From: Schizochytrium sp. TIO01
Lineage: Eukaryota > Protista > Bigyra: Labyrinthulomycetes
NCBI GenBank assembly: GCA_004764695.1
Contig: SMSO01000035.1
Span: 4,290,040-4,354,039 of the forward strand
Length of the DNA stretch: 64,000 nt
Direction of reading: 5' to 3'
Shown one piece after another: positions 48,322-60,095 of the stretch. Both the position numbers and the translations under genes were made by a program. Under the pieces are notes generated by a model that searched no databases, had not been told where the DNA came from, and was given only the letters and a program-made list of their open reading frames with translations. Within the stretch, counting starts at the first letter, position 1, and each line of letters begins with the position of its first letter.

Positions 48322-51300
48322 TTAGGCTGGTGAACCAGATTCCAATAATTCGCGAATCACGGGATGGACTGTTGCTTGCCCGTCAGGATCTAATATTTTT
48401 TTCAGTTGTTCACGCTGCGATGGCGAACAAGTCAAGGCAGCACGGTACAAATATGCAAACGCATCATGATGGAACGAAACGCCACCAGGCCATAGTGTCT
48501 CAGCCACAAGCTTTTCAAGAACCTCAACGTCAAAGCCCAATTCGGATTTGCCATGAATGTCTTTTTGAGTGTCTTCGGAGTGCACTACATCGCGTAGCAG
48601 GTCAAGAGGCTCCGCATAGATGTTGTCCGGTTCAATCATAAAAGTTCGCTCTTGAAAGAGGGCTAAATCACCTGGGCTGGAAGCAAGGCTATTCAGGTCA
48701 GGGTGAAGCGCCACAGCTTGCTCTCTTGCAGCATTGCGTAGTTCACTCCACTCAACATCAGTGAAGACGGAGTGCATGTGCTTTAAGAGAGATTGGATGA
48801 CGAGAGATTCACATTGCGGTTGTGCACGCAAGACAGGGACATGTTTTACAGCCATACTCAAAGCACCCTGGCGCAGAGCATCCACCTCGTCTTGCGCAAA
48901 AACGAGCAAAGCACGCCATGCGTGAGTTAACACTGGATCACAGATCTCTAGCATACAGGACGAGCGGAGAGCATCCAAGGCTGCTAGGCGCAAATGGAAG
49001 GACTGTGCCGGATCGGAGCATTCGTATACAATGTTCGCCAATCTACTCTGAATGTCTGGCTGTTGCGCTGCGTACGCACCAAGAGCACGAACAGTTGCCG
49101 ATTGAGAGCCCTCGCCACTACAAATCTGAGAGGAGTACATACGCAGAAGACGTTGCCCAACCTCGGGGGACCGTTTGGCTTCACTTGAGGCTAGGAAGTC
49201 CATGCGTGCGATCAACTCAGGCGGATAGACCACACCTTGCTCGTTCATAGTAACATATTCAACTGCTTGAAGAATCTGGTCATCTTGAGATGACGATGGC
49301 ACATCTTTGGTTGCTATCAATGCGGCGAGGCGGCGACGACAATCTTCGCTGCGCAAATTCGTAGCCATCACTTCAGGAGACAGCAGACGACAAGCAAGAG
49401 AAACGCCGTCTTCTGTCTCACATGCACTGTCGCCAGCTTCCTTCGCCAGAGCAAATATCGCGTCTGACAGGTTTTCACGCGGAACCAGGAGTGCGAACTG
49501 CCACAAAGAGTTCCACACTGCAGTGTGCATCATTGGAATGGGACCGCATGTGCTTAGAACCGCTCGCATGGCTTCAGCTAACGGTAGCTGTAAATCAAGC
49601 ATTGCTGCACGAGCCCGAGGCCCTGCATGCAAGTTGCGTTCCCGAATGGTTACAAAAAGCTGCCATAAGTGGAGAAGTAGGCCATGTGTATGGTTGTGCC
49701 CCAAGCGCGGGGGTGTAGATGTGCAGCTATTAACAAGCATTGCAAGAATCTCTCTAATCGTATCCAAGAGACGGAACTCAGGACACAATGAGGCCAAAGC
49801 ACGGGAAGCCATGGAACGCGCCATGACATGAGGCTGAGAAGCGCACGCAAGGAGAAGCGGCAAGAACGGCAGAACCTCCTTGTTTCCAGCCTCCCATTCT
49901 GCCTTACGTTCGCCCACGAATGCGTCTTCTTCACCTTCAGGAGATACAAACGCAGGTCGCAAGCGAGACAAAATCAAAAGCATTGGGTATAGGCTTGGGT
50001 CCATCCCGCCAATCTTCTTGTGGCCCGAACGTTGTTCGTTTACGATGCGACGCATGTTCTCCAAGACAGCCATGAACACATCTCCATAGCGCTGCATGAA
50101 GAATGCTGAATTAATCTGACTAGCACCCACAGTACGACTGACTCGCATGTTTTCTTGGCCGAAAGCCCTCTGAATGACTCGTGCAAACACCATCATGGAA
50201 GAGTTTCGTACTTGCCATGCCTCAAGACGAAAGCCTCGCAAAGAAAGCAACAGTAATTGGGGAAGATACTCTTGCAGCTCATGCTGAAGTGACCCATCTT
50301 CAAAAAGGAGCTTGAGGATGTTGAGCGCGTGCACTCGAATACGCATATCGTCCGCATTACCAGCCAGGTACATGAGGCGGGTAGCCATGCGCTCCAAGAG
50401 AATCGTACGTCCCGCACGAGGCTCGGCACAGGCCAATGCCAAAAAGGCGCTTGCAAAGCCGACTGAACGACGCAGGTAGAAACCTTGTCGTCCATCCTCA
50501 AGGCGGTGCAGAAGATAATTCGTCCATTGCATTGGTAACTTTGAAAGCGCAGGGCTGCGGCGTAGACGCAACAATCGAGCAGAAATTCCTTGAAACGAGT
50601 TGCTTACAAAGCCGATAGCACCCATGTGGCGCAGCCGCAAGAGAAGCTGCAACTGCTGCACTCCAATAGCATCAACGCGAGGAGCAGCTAAAACAAAGGC
50701 ATCAGCCTCAAGCTCCAGCGGGCACGTTCGAACAATGGTCTCCATACTCATTGTTACCTCACGAATCACAAGCCACCCGTTGACAATAACATTCTCCGTA
50801 TTATGCATGGGTCTATCCATCAGGATAAGATCATCACTGTCAGCATTATCGCCATTGTCGTCATCATTATGATCATCGTCATCAGAAAGTTGCTCCATGT
50901 CATTATCGGGCACGCCGTCGCCTTCGTCATCTTCATTTTCATCCTCCCCACCGTTTTGTGTCTTGCAAACAGCTTTAGCGGCGGTCTCACAAGCGTTATC
51001 AAGCATACTCAGAGCGTCATCTGCAACTTGTGCCCACGCTTCCGGGTCACGGCGCAGTGTAGTTTCTGAAGCCTCCCAGCAGTTACGAAAGGCCTGCAAG
51101 AGCCCAAAACACTCTTCGGCACCTGGGCGGCGGTACGAATCAATGAGATCTGATATGAAGGCTCTTGCAACAACGTCGCGGGGCATGTTCTTTCCAACAG
51201 CCTCCTGCTCAAAGTCATCATTCGGGTCTTCTTGATAGGGCTCAACAGGCCCTTCGTCAGGGAAAAGAAACATGTTCGGTTCCATACACCGTTCACGTAG

Positions 51301-54300
51301 CTTCTGGTCCCCAGTGAGGTAGTCGACACGGATGCCAGCCTCGCGCAGTTCACGAGTACCGGTGCATTCAACAAACTTAGAAGGTTCACGTACACCTACA
51401 ACAACGCGCTTCACGCCTGCTGAAATACAACGTGATGTACAAGGGCGGTTGCCAGAAAGACGTACACTGCACGGCTCCATCGTTGTATAGATAGTTGTGT
51501 TTTTGGCGCCACCTTTTGCAATATCGTCAATATCTTCAGCCTTTTCAGCAAAGCCCCCAATCTTCATAAATGCAGTTTCTTCAGCATGGGTATTTCCAGG
51601 CATTTCGCGACTGAAGCCACGCGCAAGAATGGTTTGATCTTCTTCGCGAACGATAATAGAGCCAACATTGTATGCCTTCTCCGCACGCTCACATTTGAAT
51701 GCTTCTGCGCAAGAGAGATGCATCCGTGCAAAATCAAGGCGACCCTGCACTGCGGGATCATGGCGTGATGTGGGTTCGCCACGCAGGCCGATAGCCCACC
51801 CTGCGCCAAGCACATACTTTTCATAAAGTACTTGCAAAAGCGCACTACCACCGCGAGCATTCCGCACCTTATGAGACTTGGCAAGTCGCACAGCCCATTT
51901 GACCAGGCGATGCACAGAGTCCCACGATTCAAGTCCAGGGAAAGGTGCAGGTACTCGTCGCATCACCTCTAACACCATTGTGCGTGGTTGTTCATGCACG
52001 TCACGGATAAGACTCAACAATGTAAAAGTGTGGTCTTTATGTTCTAGGGTGCATACTTCAGGAGATGATGCAAAAACCTCAAGCATTAGCAACAAGTGTG
52101 AAAGAACAGTACTCGCACGCTCACGAGGCATATCAGGATAGATTTGTTCAATCATTGTGCGCTTAAACCAAACTAGGAACTCAAGTACCCTCTCGCGATC
52201 TTGGTCTGAGACATTTTGTTCAGCAGCCCGCTTGCTCTGTGTCATTGCAATACCAATCCACTCGAAAAACAGTTGAGAGCTGCGGCGCATCCCCTGCGCA
52301 CAGCTTTCGGACATGGATTTGTGGACAGTGTGCGAGTACGCTACACGAGCAAGCTTCAGTACCTCAGCGCTTGGCATGCGTTGTTTTTTCGTAGGGCAGA
52401 GTACCAGCTTCGCAGCACGTAGCTGCACAAGTGCATCAGCGTGCTGGAGACCCTGTCGTACAGCGCTTGATGGAATTCGCACCTCCTTAGTTGATGTGGA
52501 GATTCCAGCAGCAGCAGATGTGCCGTCGGTTACGTCGTCGTTTGCTTCAGCCATGCTGACATCTTGATCACTTACATCCTTGCTCGAGGTGGAAGTATTA
52601 GCTGGGATGGTTTGGTTTTCCATATCTGGAACAAATTCGACGCGAAGTCCCGCACTAGATAAAGCTCCCCATAAACGCAGTTTGTCTTCTAATGTTGGCT
52701 GACGTTCTTCCAAGGCTTCCTGTAAAGTCGCACATGTCACACCATTCACTGACAAAAGGAGTTCAGGGACAATACGTGTAGCCACCTGCTCGGCAGCGTT
52801 TGTATCCCCTTTCGTGAGGGCATCCAATAGAGGTGCAAGCCAAACTTGACGTGCATTGAGCCCTTCGTTTTTTTCCAAGTTGCTGGCAATATCGCGAAAG
52901 AGTTTGGTGCTGACTGTGTAAACCTGGCCGTGCTCTTCAAAACAGCGGAGTAGGGCAGGCATGAGATCAGGCTCAATTTGTAGAATACCTCTTGCTCCGT
53001 CGTGCTCAAGAAACCGTCCAACAGCAAGCAAGGCTGCTCGAAGGTTCGTTGTTTGAGATCCGGGGTTGTGTAGTGTGACCTCCTGCAGGAGTCTCCGAAG
53101 AAGCTTACCACGCGCCTCAACTGCAATATCCCTCTCTGCTGCAAAAGAATCAGACAAAGAGGCGGAATTTGCGAAGGCAATGGCCTCGAGAACCTCGAGC
53201 GATGCATTGAACAAGGGTTCTAAGTAATAGCGAGCCTTACGCGAGCCTTGGCTCCAATTATCAAGCACAAAATCAAGGAGCTCAAGGCATCTTTGGCGAC
53301 CGTGATCCTGCCACAAGACAAGGGCATCGTCCTCGAGTTCACGAAGCCCGTGCTTGAAGGTTTTGCACCAAGCTTCAAGCCCGGTTAGACAGTAGCCTTG
53401 GACAGTGGCATTGAATACATGTGCTTCAGAGATAGACATGAGCTTGACATAGATCTGGTCCGAGACCTTGCTGTCTCCAGATGAGTCGCCTGCATCGCTG
53501 CCAAAGAGCATGGAGCGAGGTACACAAGCAAGAAGATTGCGCAAAAGCAACGCAGCCGCAGGCTCAGTACAACTCAGAGCTAGCATTTCTACAAGCGAGC
53601 GAAGTTCATCAGAATGTGTGATTTCTACTTGCTGGTTGTCCTGGTTGACTGGAGACATCTCTTGAAGCGCCTGATGGCCACTTGTGACCTTGCAGAGTTT
53701 GATGATGGCGCGACGAATCTGCGCAGGTGTGCATAGTGCAAGATCGAGGCGAACCACAGAAATGCCAGCAAACATCTCAATACTCTTTGTTGCTGACGCA
53801 GCATCCGAATCCGCGGCGGTTTTGACCCAAGGGAAAAGGCACTCCTTTGCGAACTGTCGCACAACCTCTTGGTCTTCAGGAGAAGCTGCGGCAATTCGAT
53901 CGGAAGCACCAGGCGCTTGCAGATACTCCATTAGAGCTTGAACAGGAATCTCTGCATTAGCAAGTGCCACAGAAGCATCAAGGACGGTATCAGGACCAGA
54001 GACAAGTGCAGGTGCGTTTAATTCTTTTTGAAGGCTGTGCAGTGTGCGAAAGATCATGCCTGGATCTACGTGAGCGACCACCAAGTCTCTGCATGGATTA
54101 GAAAGTACGAAGTTACGGAGACCAAGTGCTACATCAAGTTTCTCGGTGGGGTTGTCCAGGGCACAAAGAGCTGCCACGCAGACCTTAACTTGCTCTGCAA
54201 GGGACCTTCTCAAGACTTGGGTGTTTCTCAAGGCAGGCTTGCAGAACTGCTGACGCTGCTTGACGGAGCTTGAGTGGTACGGGCGCCGAAAAGATCTGCG

Positions 54301-54661
54301 TACAAATACGAATTAACGCCGCATGGTCTTCGCACAAGCATTCTTGCTCTTCGCGTTGCTGGCAGCAAGTGCACGGTGTTTCTGAAAGAGAGGCTAAGAC
54401 ACACCACTTTCCTGACTTTACGGCACCTTTTGCGTTCGACAGTTTAGCTACACGCCCCAGTAGGTTGTCTGCGTGCAAAAGTGCTTCCACGAGCCTACGG
54501 GCAGCTGAGGCGTTGGAGCATGTAGAGACCTGTTTCCACAGAGCCTCGCGAGCTGCCGTATGCGATGCACCAAAACTATCCTTTATCATATACACGTCTC
54601 GTCCATGTGCAGGGACAGGTTGCCGCCCACGCAGCACAAGCTTGCGGTTTCGCTTCACCAT
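48322..54661 (-). CDS. THADA: THADA/Trm732 (DUF2428, ARM-repeat tRNA Nm32 methyltransferase cofactor) with an internal Zn-deaminase domain; one apparent frameshift near 54202
   Basis: DUF2428 motifs: GWLVIREV, LLLRLRHMGAI, LPMQW, LRRSVGF (RRSAGLP-like), LACAEP, RVHALNILKLLFED, WQVRNSSMMVFARVIQRAFG, SLYPMLLILSRL. The N-terminal part (ATG 54661, MVKRNRK) is in another frame and joins the main ORF if one base at 54201-54203 is removed, giving ~2112 aa. Confidence 0.9.
51274..51735 (-). other. Inserted cytidine/dCMP-deaminase-fold domain, Rib2/DRAP-deaminase type, inside THADA
   Basis: MHLSCAEAFKC...AYNVGSIIV...GFSREMPGNTHAEETAF...TIYTTMEPCSVRLSGNRPCTSRCISAGVKRVVVGVREPSKFV...ELREAGIRV. HAE at 51588-51580; Cys ligands at 51471-51469 and 51441-51439. 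Confidence 0.93.
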
Positions 54662-56393
54662 TGTCCCCAGATATTCAAGCTCGCACAACAAATCGACAGC
54701 TCAACTCAGTTCTAATTTTTTCTGCAGGATATCGATCGGTTTTGATAAATCTATCAGGGCCTCTGGAGACTTCACCAAGAATTCACCGAGCAATTCCCAA
54801 GTTTCTAACGTTGGACAATACCAATTCTGCACCTTTTAATTCCTTCGAACCGGTCAAACTTGGTCAAAATTCCCAAGAAGCTTGAACGAATCAATTGGAC
54901 TTCTTGGCCTTTCCCACAAAGTTTGCAATCGAAGCTTTAAGGTGCCTCTAAATCTCACGAGAGAGGGCCTCACGGGAGAGGTCTGTGGGCCTCTTGCCTC
55001 AATTGATGCTCGGACTTCGCGCCCGACCTCGTTTCCAAGGCTCGAGAGCTGCTAAGACGTCACCCAGGACCGTCCTAGAGATAATTTCTCCCAAATATGT
55101 CCAAGCACGCGCAAGATTTCTCCTGCGCAGCCTGACCACCGCGCGAACCGAGGCCAAATCAGCTCTGTCGCAGTCTCTTCCACTCCTCACGATCCGCATG
55201 GACTCTTACCATCGCTTATACTATTCATGCTTCTACCATTTTTCTTAGACAGGCCTACTCCCTCTTATCTCCAGGCGCTTAATCTGAGACGGACGGAGGC
55301 AGTACTGGAGTATACAATAGGAGGTCCCTAGTAAAGGGTGTTAACGTATTTGAGTAGAAGTAGTAGCATTGGTAGTTGTAGTAGGACATGGCTAGCAGTT
55401 AGAAAGGTAAGAATTTGATAGAGTTAAGAAAGGCTAGTCAGAGTTTTTGGTCAAGCGATCTGAAGTAGAATGAAGAGCGAAATTGGGATTGGTGAGATGA
55501 CAGGGTTTCATTAGGGAGTTAGTTTAGAACTGGTGCGGCACGTGGCATAAGTAACGATATGTAGGTTGTTTAAAAGAGAGATGTTGCAGGGATAAGATCA
55601 AACGCCACGGTTGAAGGAATGAATACATGCGAGAAAATAGTACGTGAAGTTAAGCAGAAACTCTAATTTACGACTCTCTTTCCCTCTATTGAAATTTGCT
55701 CGTAGATGCTTTGAAGCTTTATCGTGCCATTTACTTAATGTTGCAGAAAGCAAAAAGTATATTCAAACATATCAAACAAGTGAGTTGTGTACAGAATGCA
55801 TGAAACGGAGGGGGGGAGAAGAATATGTTAAGATTCTCTCGAATTTGCCTGTTCCACTCTTAGTGCTTTCTAAAGAAATCAGGAATGACTGGATGTCCAA
55901 CATGAAAATTCTATCGAGATAGTATTACCCGCTCTAATGCATGATTTTGGCCTTTCACTTGTGTTCTGCAATCTTACTGTTTATATAAGAATTTAGTTGT
56001 ACTAGCCTTTTTGAATAGTATAATTGTTATAGCTCTGTTTACGTTCATAGATTTCAGCTGTCTGAAGAGCAATCAACGCACTCAAATTATGCATTTTAGC
56101 AGCTGTGTCGTAACAACTGGCAGTCACCGCACGTATTCGCGAGCACTGGTCGTAGTCAACACACAATATGATATCTTGCTTACAATGCCTGTACGAATAG
56201 ACGACCTAGAGGAGCATTAATAGACTTATCTGCCACCTTTGCTCCCAGGAATCTGTCAGCTCATCACAAGTGACTCATTGATCCGTTCGCCAATAAGCTT
56301 TTATACACCGTCCTGTGCACACCCTGTCCGCGCCAGTCGCCCAATATCTCCCCTGCAGAATCTAGCTGCTTCTTATTAATAAACAAAATCACG

Positions 56394-56412
56394 CCCCCCC
56401 CCCCCCCCCCCC
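56394..56412. repeat. Poly-C homopolymer (19 nt)
   Basis: Run of C visible directly. Confidence 0.9.
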
Positions 56413-56993
56413 ACTTGTATATCTCTAATTTCTTGTTTATACTGGAGCTTTGTTCTAAGTGCACACACACCCCCCTTTTTTTTTTAAGTACCCCCAAATG
56501 AGCGCAGACAAAACTTATCAGAATCAGATAAAACGAAGCCTTTACTTAACCGTACCTGCTGGTTAGCATGAGAAGAGCACTTCTAGGCGCCTTAGATCTT
56601 TTCCAAATACAACGCTATTCTTGGAGGTACTCACTATGTTTTCTCTCGCACTGCCCTGAGGAGTCTCTCTGCCGTATTTTCATTAATTACTCTAGTACCC
56701 TCTTAGAACGCTCTCAAAACCTTCAACGGATCTCCGCGCTGTGCACAGCAAGAAAAACTTTGGCCTGAGATACCCGGCCCGCAACTCTCAAATTATGCTC
56801 AAGGCGCTGAGCATATTGATGGTGCTGCCTGCCCGCCCGCTTCCCTCCAGCGCTGCTAAGACTGACAGTCTTTTGAAGGAAGACTTGTAAAGCTGCAACG
56901 AGGCGCTTTGCGCTTGGATTGAGATTTGCTGATCGTACAGCGCGTGCCGCATAATTTAACGCAAAATCCTCACGAGGTCCACTTCCACATAGG

Positions 56994-58163
56994 ATGGCAG
57001 CAATGGCCAGCGCGTGCCGTGATGCTGCCTTCTCGAAGGAGGCATGCGCCCGCGAGGAGGTGGAGGCGCCTTGGACAAAGGCTGCTTGCCCGGAGCAACG
57101 AAGGGAAGCTCGTGAGCAGGCCCGAGTGGCCAGAAATTTTCGTCGTGCATCTAATGCTGCCGTAGACCGCGAGGCACGAGCTGCTGCCAACATTGAAATG
57201 CGTGAGATTGCTTCTCGAGGGTCTGCGTGGCGAGCTGCGAGGCGCTCAGCAGCGCACAGCGAGTGTGAAGAGTCCTGCGGTGCACGGGGAAATGGCGTGG
57301 CCAAAACGCAACGCGAAAGAGCTCGACTTGCGGCCGAAAAACGGGCTTTGGAGCTTGAAGGTCGGGAAAAGGCTCGCGCGGAAGCGGCTCAGGCACTACA
57401 AGATAAACATGAGTGGGCAGCGAAGCGGCGAGAACATCTGGCGGAAGAGCGTCGAAAAGCTGTGGAGAAGGGAATCGCTAGGGCTCAACATAAGTCTCGA
57501 GTGAAGACGCAGGCGAAGGAAACCATTCAGAGGGAGCGACAGGTGTTCTTCGAGCAACATGAGGCGCGAGCAAGAGTCTCAGCAGAGCTACGCAGGAAGG
57601 AGAGGATTGCAGAAGAACGCCGAGCAAAAAATATTCGAGAAGAGCATAGACAAAGACATTCTGTACGAGCAGCTTGGATGGTCGAAGAGAAGGAGGAGCA
57701 ACAAATGCATCACGCAGAGCTCATCCGTGAGAAGGCTGAGAGATTTGCCCAAAGAGGCGCTATGGAAGCACTCAGGCGAGAGGAGCAAGCTCGTGAAGAG
57801 CTTCGACGAAAGCAGGAGATTGAGCAAAGGGGCTCTCGGCTTGCGGAGGTCAGAGCACAGGATAAGGAACATTGGGCACAGGACCGCCGCCAAAGTCGCA
57901 ATGAAGCTAACCGTCAACTTGAGTCCCGTCACCTCAATGCTGTCGAACGGAAAAATATTGCTGACGAAGACTTCCGACGCCGCAACGTTGAACCACTTGA
58001 GCGCCGCACTGCAGTTGCCAAAGCGCGAAATCTACATGAAAAGCAAGAACGCGAAGCACACCTTATGCGCGTTCAGAGTGAGGTTCAAGAACGTCATGTT
58101 CGGAAAGCTCAACTCAAGGCTCAACAACGACACCTTGAGACTGGGCCACTTATTCTTGGTTGA
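56994..58163 (+). CDS. E/R/A/K-rich coiled-coil protein (trichohyalin-plectin-homology-like, possibly ciliary)
   Basis: 389-aa ATG ORF of almost continuous charged helix. No specific family recognised. Confidence 0.7.
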   Translation: MAAMASACRDAAFSKEACAREEVEAPWTKAACPEQRREAREQARVARNFRRASNAAVDREARAAANIEMREIASRGSAWRAARRSAAHSECEESCGARGNGVAKTQRERARLAAEKRALELEGREKARAEAAQALQDKHEWAAKRREHLAEERRKAVEKGIARAQHKSRVKTQAKETIQRERQVFFEQHEARARVSAELRRKERIAEERRAKNIREEHRQRHSVRAAWMVEEKEEQQMHHAELIREKAERFAQRGAMEALRREEQAREELRRKQEIEQRGSRLAEVRAQDKEHWAQDRRQSRNEANRQLESRHLNAVERKNIADEDFRRRNVEPLERRTAVAKARNLHEKQEREAHLMRVQSEVQERHVRKAQLKAQQRHLETGPLILG

Positions 58164-59129
58164 GGTAAATCGCGTAGTCGACATTGGTACTTGGATAGCA
58201 TCTGCAAGTGGATGTACTCGCGTTTGATTCTAGAGCCATGACAAAAGTCTTGCCTTCGAGAACAAACGGTACTTTCCACCCATGTTCCTTCCACTCTAAG
58301 ATTTTTCCCTTTTCACTGCAAAAGCAAGAATGGTACTAAGATCGAGCCTAGTTATTCGCGTACAACACATCAATTAATACAGATGTATGCATTCTTGTAT
58401 TGTCTCTCTCGCCGTGAACCCAGCCTCAAAATTGTTTGTTAATACATAATCAATATGACATTAATATCTTGACATGTCGAACATTTTAAAGAATACAACC
58501 CATTTGCTCCTCGCGAGGGGCTTTCACCGAATTTCTTACAGAAGATATTTATCATTTACACTGGTTCAGAAGAACCAATACTTATTCCTAAGCTATTAAT
58601 GCCAGATATTTCTACCAGAATTAAAACTTGGAAATATCTATATATCCAAGTGTCAAACTTAACTGCTTCTTAAATGAAATATCTACAGGGAAACTTTATT
58701 CGCCCGTGCCTCTCAAACGAAAATTCATCGCCCTAGAAATAATCATTCCATAAAGTCAAATTCAATCTTCGACCTCACCCCATCAACCAAACACTCGACA
58801 GCATCTAGCAGCCAACTCTCCGCTCTCTCTATCCCCTCCGAGTCTTGCTTCGCTCCTCAGTCAACTATTCACTGCACTTACCCATTTCTAGATAATCTAT
58901 TCTCCTAGAGCTCCAAGAACTGCCATTTCATTTGCCCCAAACGAAATGAAGGTTAACCTTCCTAGGTGAGTCCTACGCTGGTTCTGGCCCTTGGCACGTG
59001 GGTCCCTCCGTCCTATAGTTTTGGTTAGTAGGTTCTATTGCTGCAGCTGCTGCTGCACTGCATCTGAGACCTAGCTTTGGGTAAGGAGACTGCCAAGACG
59101 AAGGCAATTCCTTCATCACTGCAGGAACC

Positions 59130-60056
59130 ATGGAGCGGGCCAGCGAGCAGGAAAGTGGGCTTCTGAGCCTGCAAGAGAATACGAAACGTGAGAAAAATGA
59201 AGTTCCTTTAACAGAGTCGGCGCAAAAGCTCAGCCCAAGAGAGGAAACCGCTTTAGGGAGGCCTCAGCCGCACGTACAGGCACCTGAAGCCAAGGTCTCT
59301 GGACAAGAACTGGTACCTGAAGCCTCAAATGCAGAAGAAGAAAGATCTGGGGCAGTTCGAAAATCGAACCGATTAATTGTGCCTCGAAATGCTAATGTCG
59401 TGAAGGACTCTGGCTTGAAAGTAAATCCAACTTCTGGGACGCCTCATAAAAAGAACAAGAGTCATGCAGGCAATGGAGTTGTGAAGGTTGTGTCCCAACC
59501 CCAGCGTGCGGCAACTCCCTCCTCGTTACCAAGGCCAGTTTCTACACCAATAGCAGAAGCTCCGGTAAATCAAAATTTCTCACAGCGCGCCCCAGATTTG
59601 ATCCCAGCGCCGGTACAACCTGCCCCCAAAAGGCAATTAAGTGCAGAAGCTGAAATCAGTCGCATCTTCTTTGAGCAGGAACGAGAAATCCTTGCACTGG
59701 AGCCAACCACATGCGACTTCAAGACTTACAGTGATCTTCCTCTGACTCGCATTAAACGCATCATGAAGGCTGATGAAGACGTACGAATGGTTAGTGCTGA
59801 GGCACCAATAATCTATGCTTGTGCTGCTCGTCTCTTTATCCTAGAAATGACAACTCGAGCATGGCTCGAAGCCTGCAAAGGAAATCGCAAAACAATTCAG
59901 AAAGAAGATTTTCATGCAGCAATACGAAGTACAGATTGCTTCGATTTCCTGGTTGACGTTGTGGATGGAACAATTAGGGAGGAACAGAAACAGCTTCGTC
60001 TCGAGCTACAGCGGCAGCAGCAGCAACAACAACAGCAACAGCAACAGCAGCAGTAG
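59130..60056 (+). CDS. NFYC: Nuclear transcription factor Y subunit C (HAP5/CBF-C histone-fold) with C-terminal polyQ
   Basis: DLPLTRIKRIMKADEDVRMVSAEAPIIYACAARLFILEMTTRAW...RKTIQKEDFHAAIRSTDCFDFLVDVV is the NF-YC histone-fold core. Confidence 0.9.
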   Translation: MERASEQESGLLSLQENTKREKNEVPLTESAQKLSPREETALGRPQPHVQAPEAKVSGQELVPEASNAEEERSGAVRKSNRLIVPRNANVVKDSGLKVNPTSGTPHKKNKSHAGNGVVKVVSQPQRAATPSSLPRPVSTPIAEAPVNQNFSQRAPDLIPAPVQPAPKRQLSAEAEISRIFFEQEREILALEPTTCDFKTYSDLPLTRIKRIMKADEDVRMVSAEAPIIYACAARLFILEMTTRAWLEACKGNRKTIQKEDFHAAIRSTDCFDFLVDVVDGTIREEQKQLRLELQRQQQQQQQQQQQQQ

Positions 60057-60095
60057 CAACAGCAACAACAACAACAACAGCAACAACAACAGCAA
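60015..60095 (+). repeat. (CAG/CAA)n trinucleotide tract interrupted by one TAG
   Basis: 13 Gln codons, TAG at 60054-60056, then 13 more Gln codons. Confidence 0.95.
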
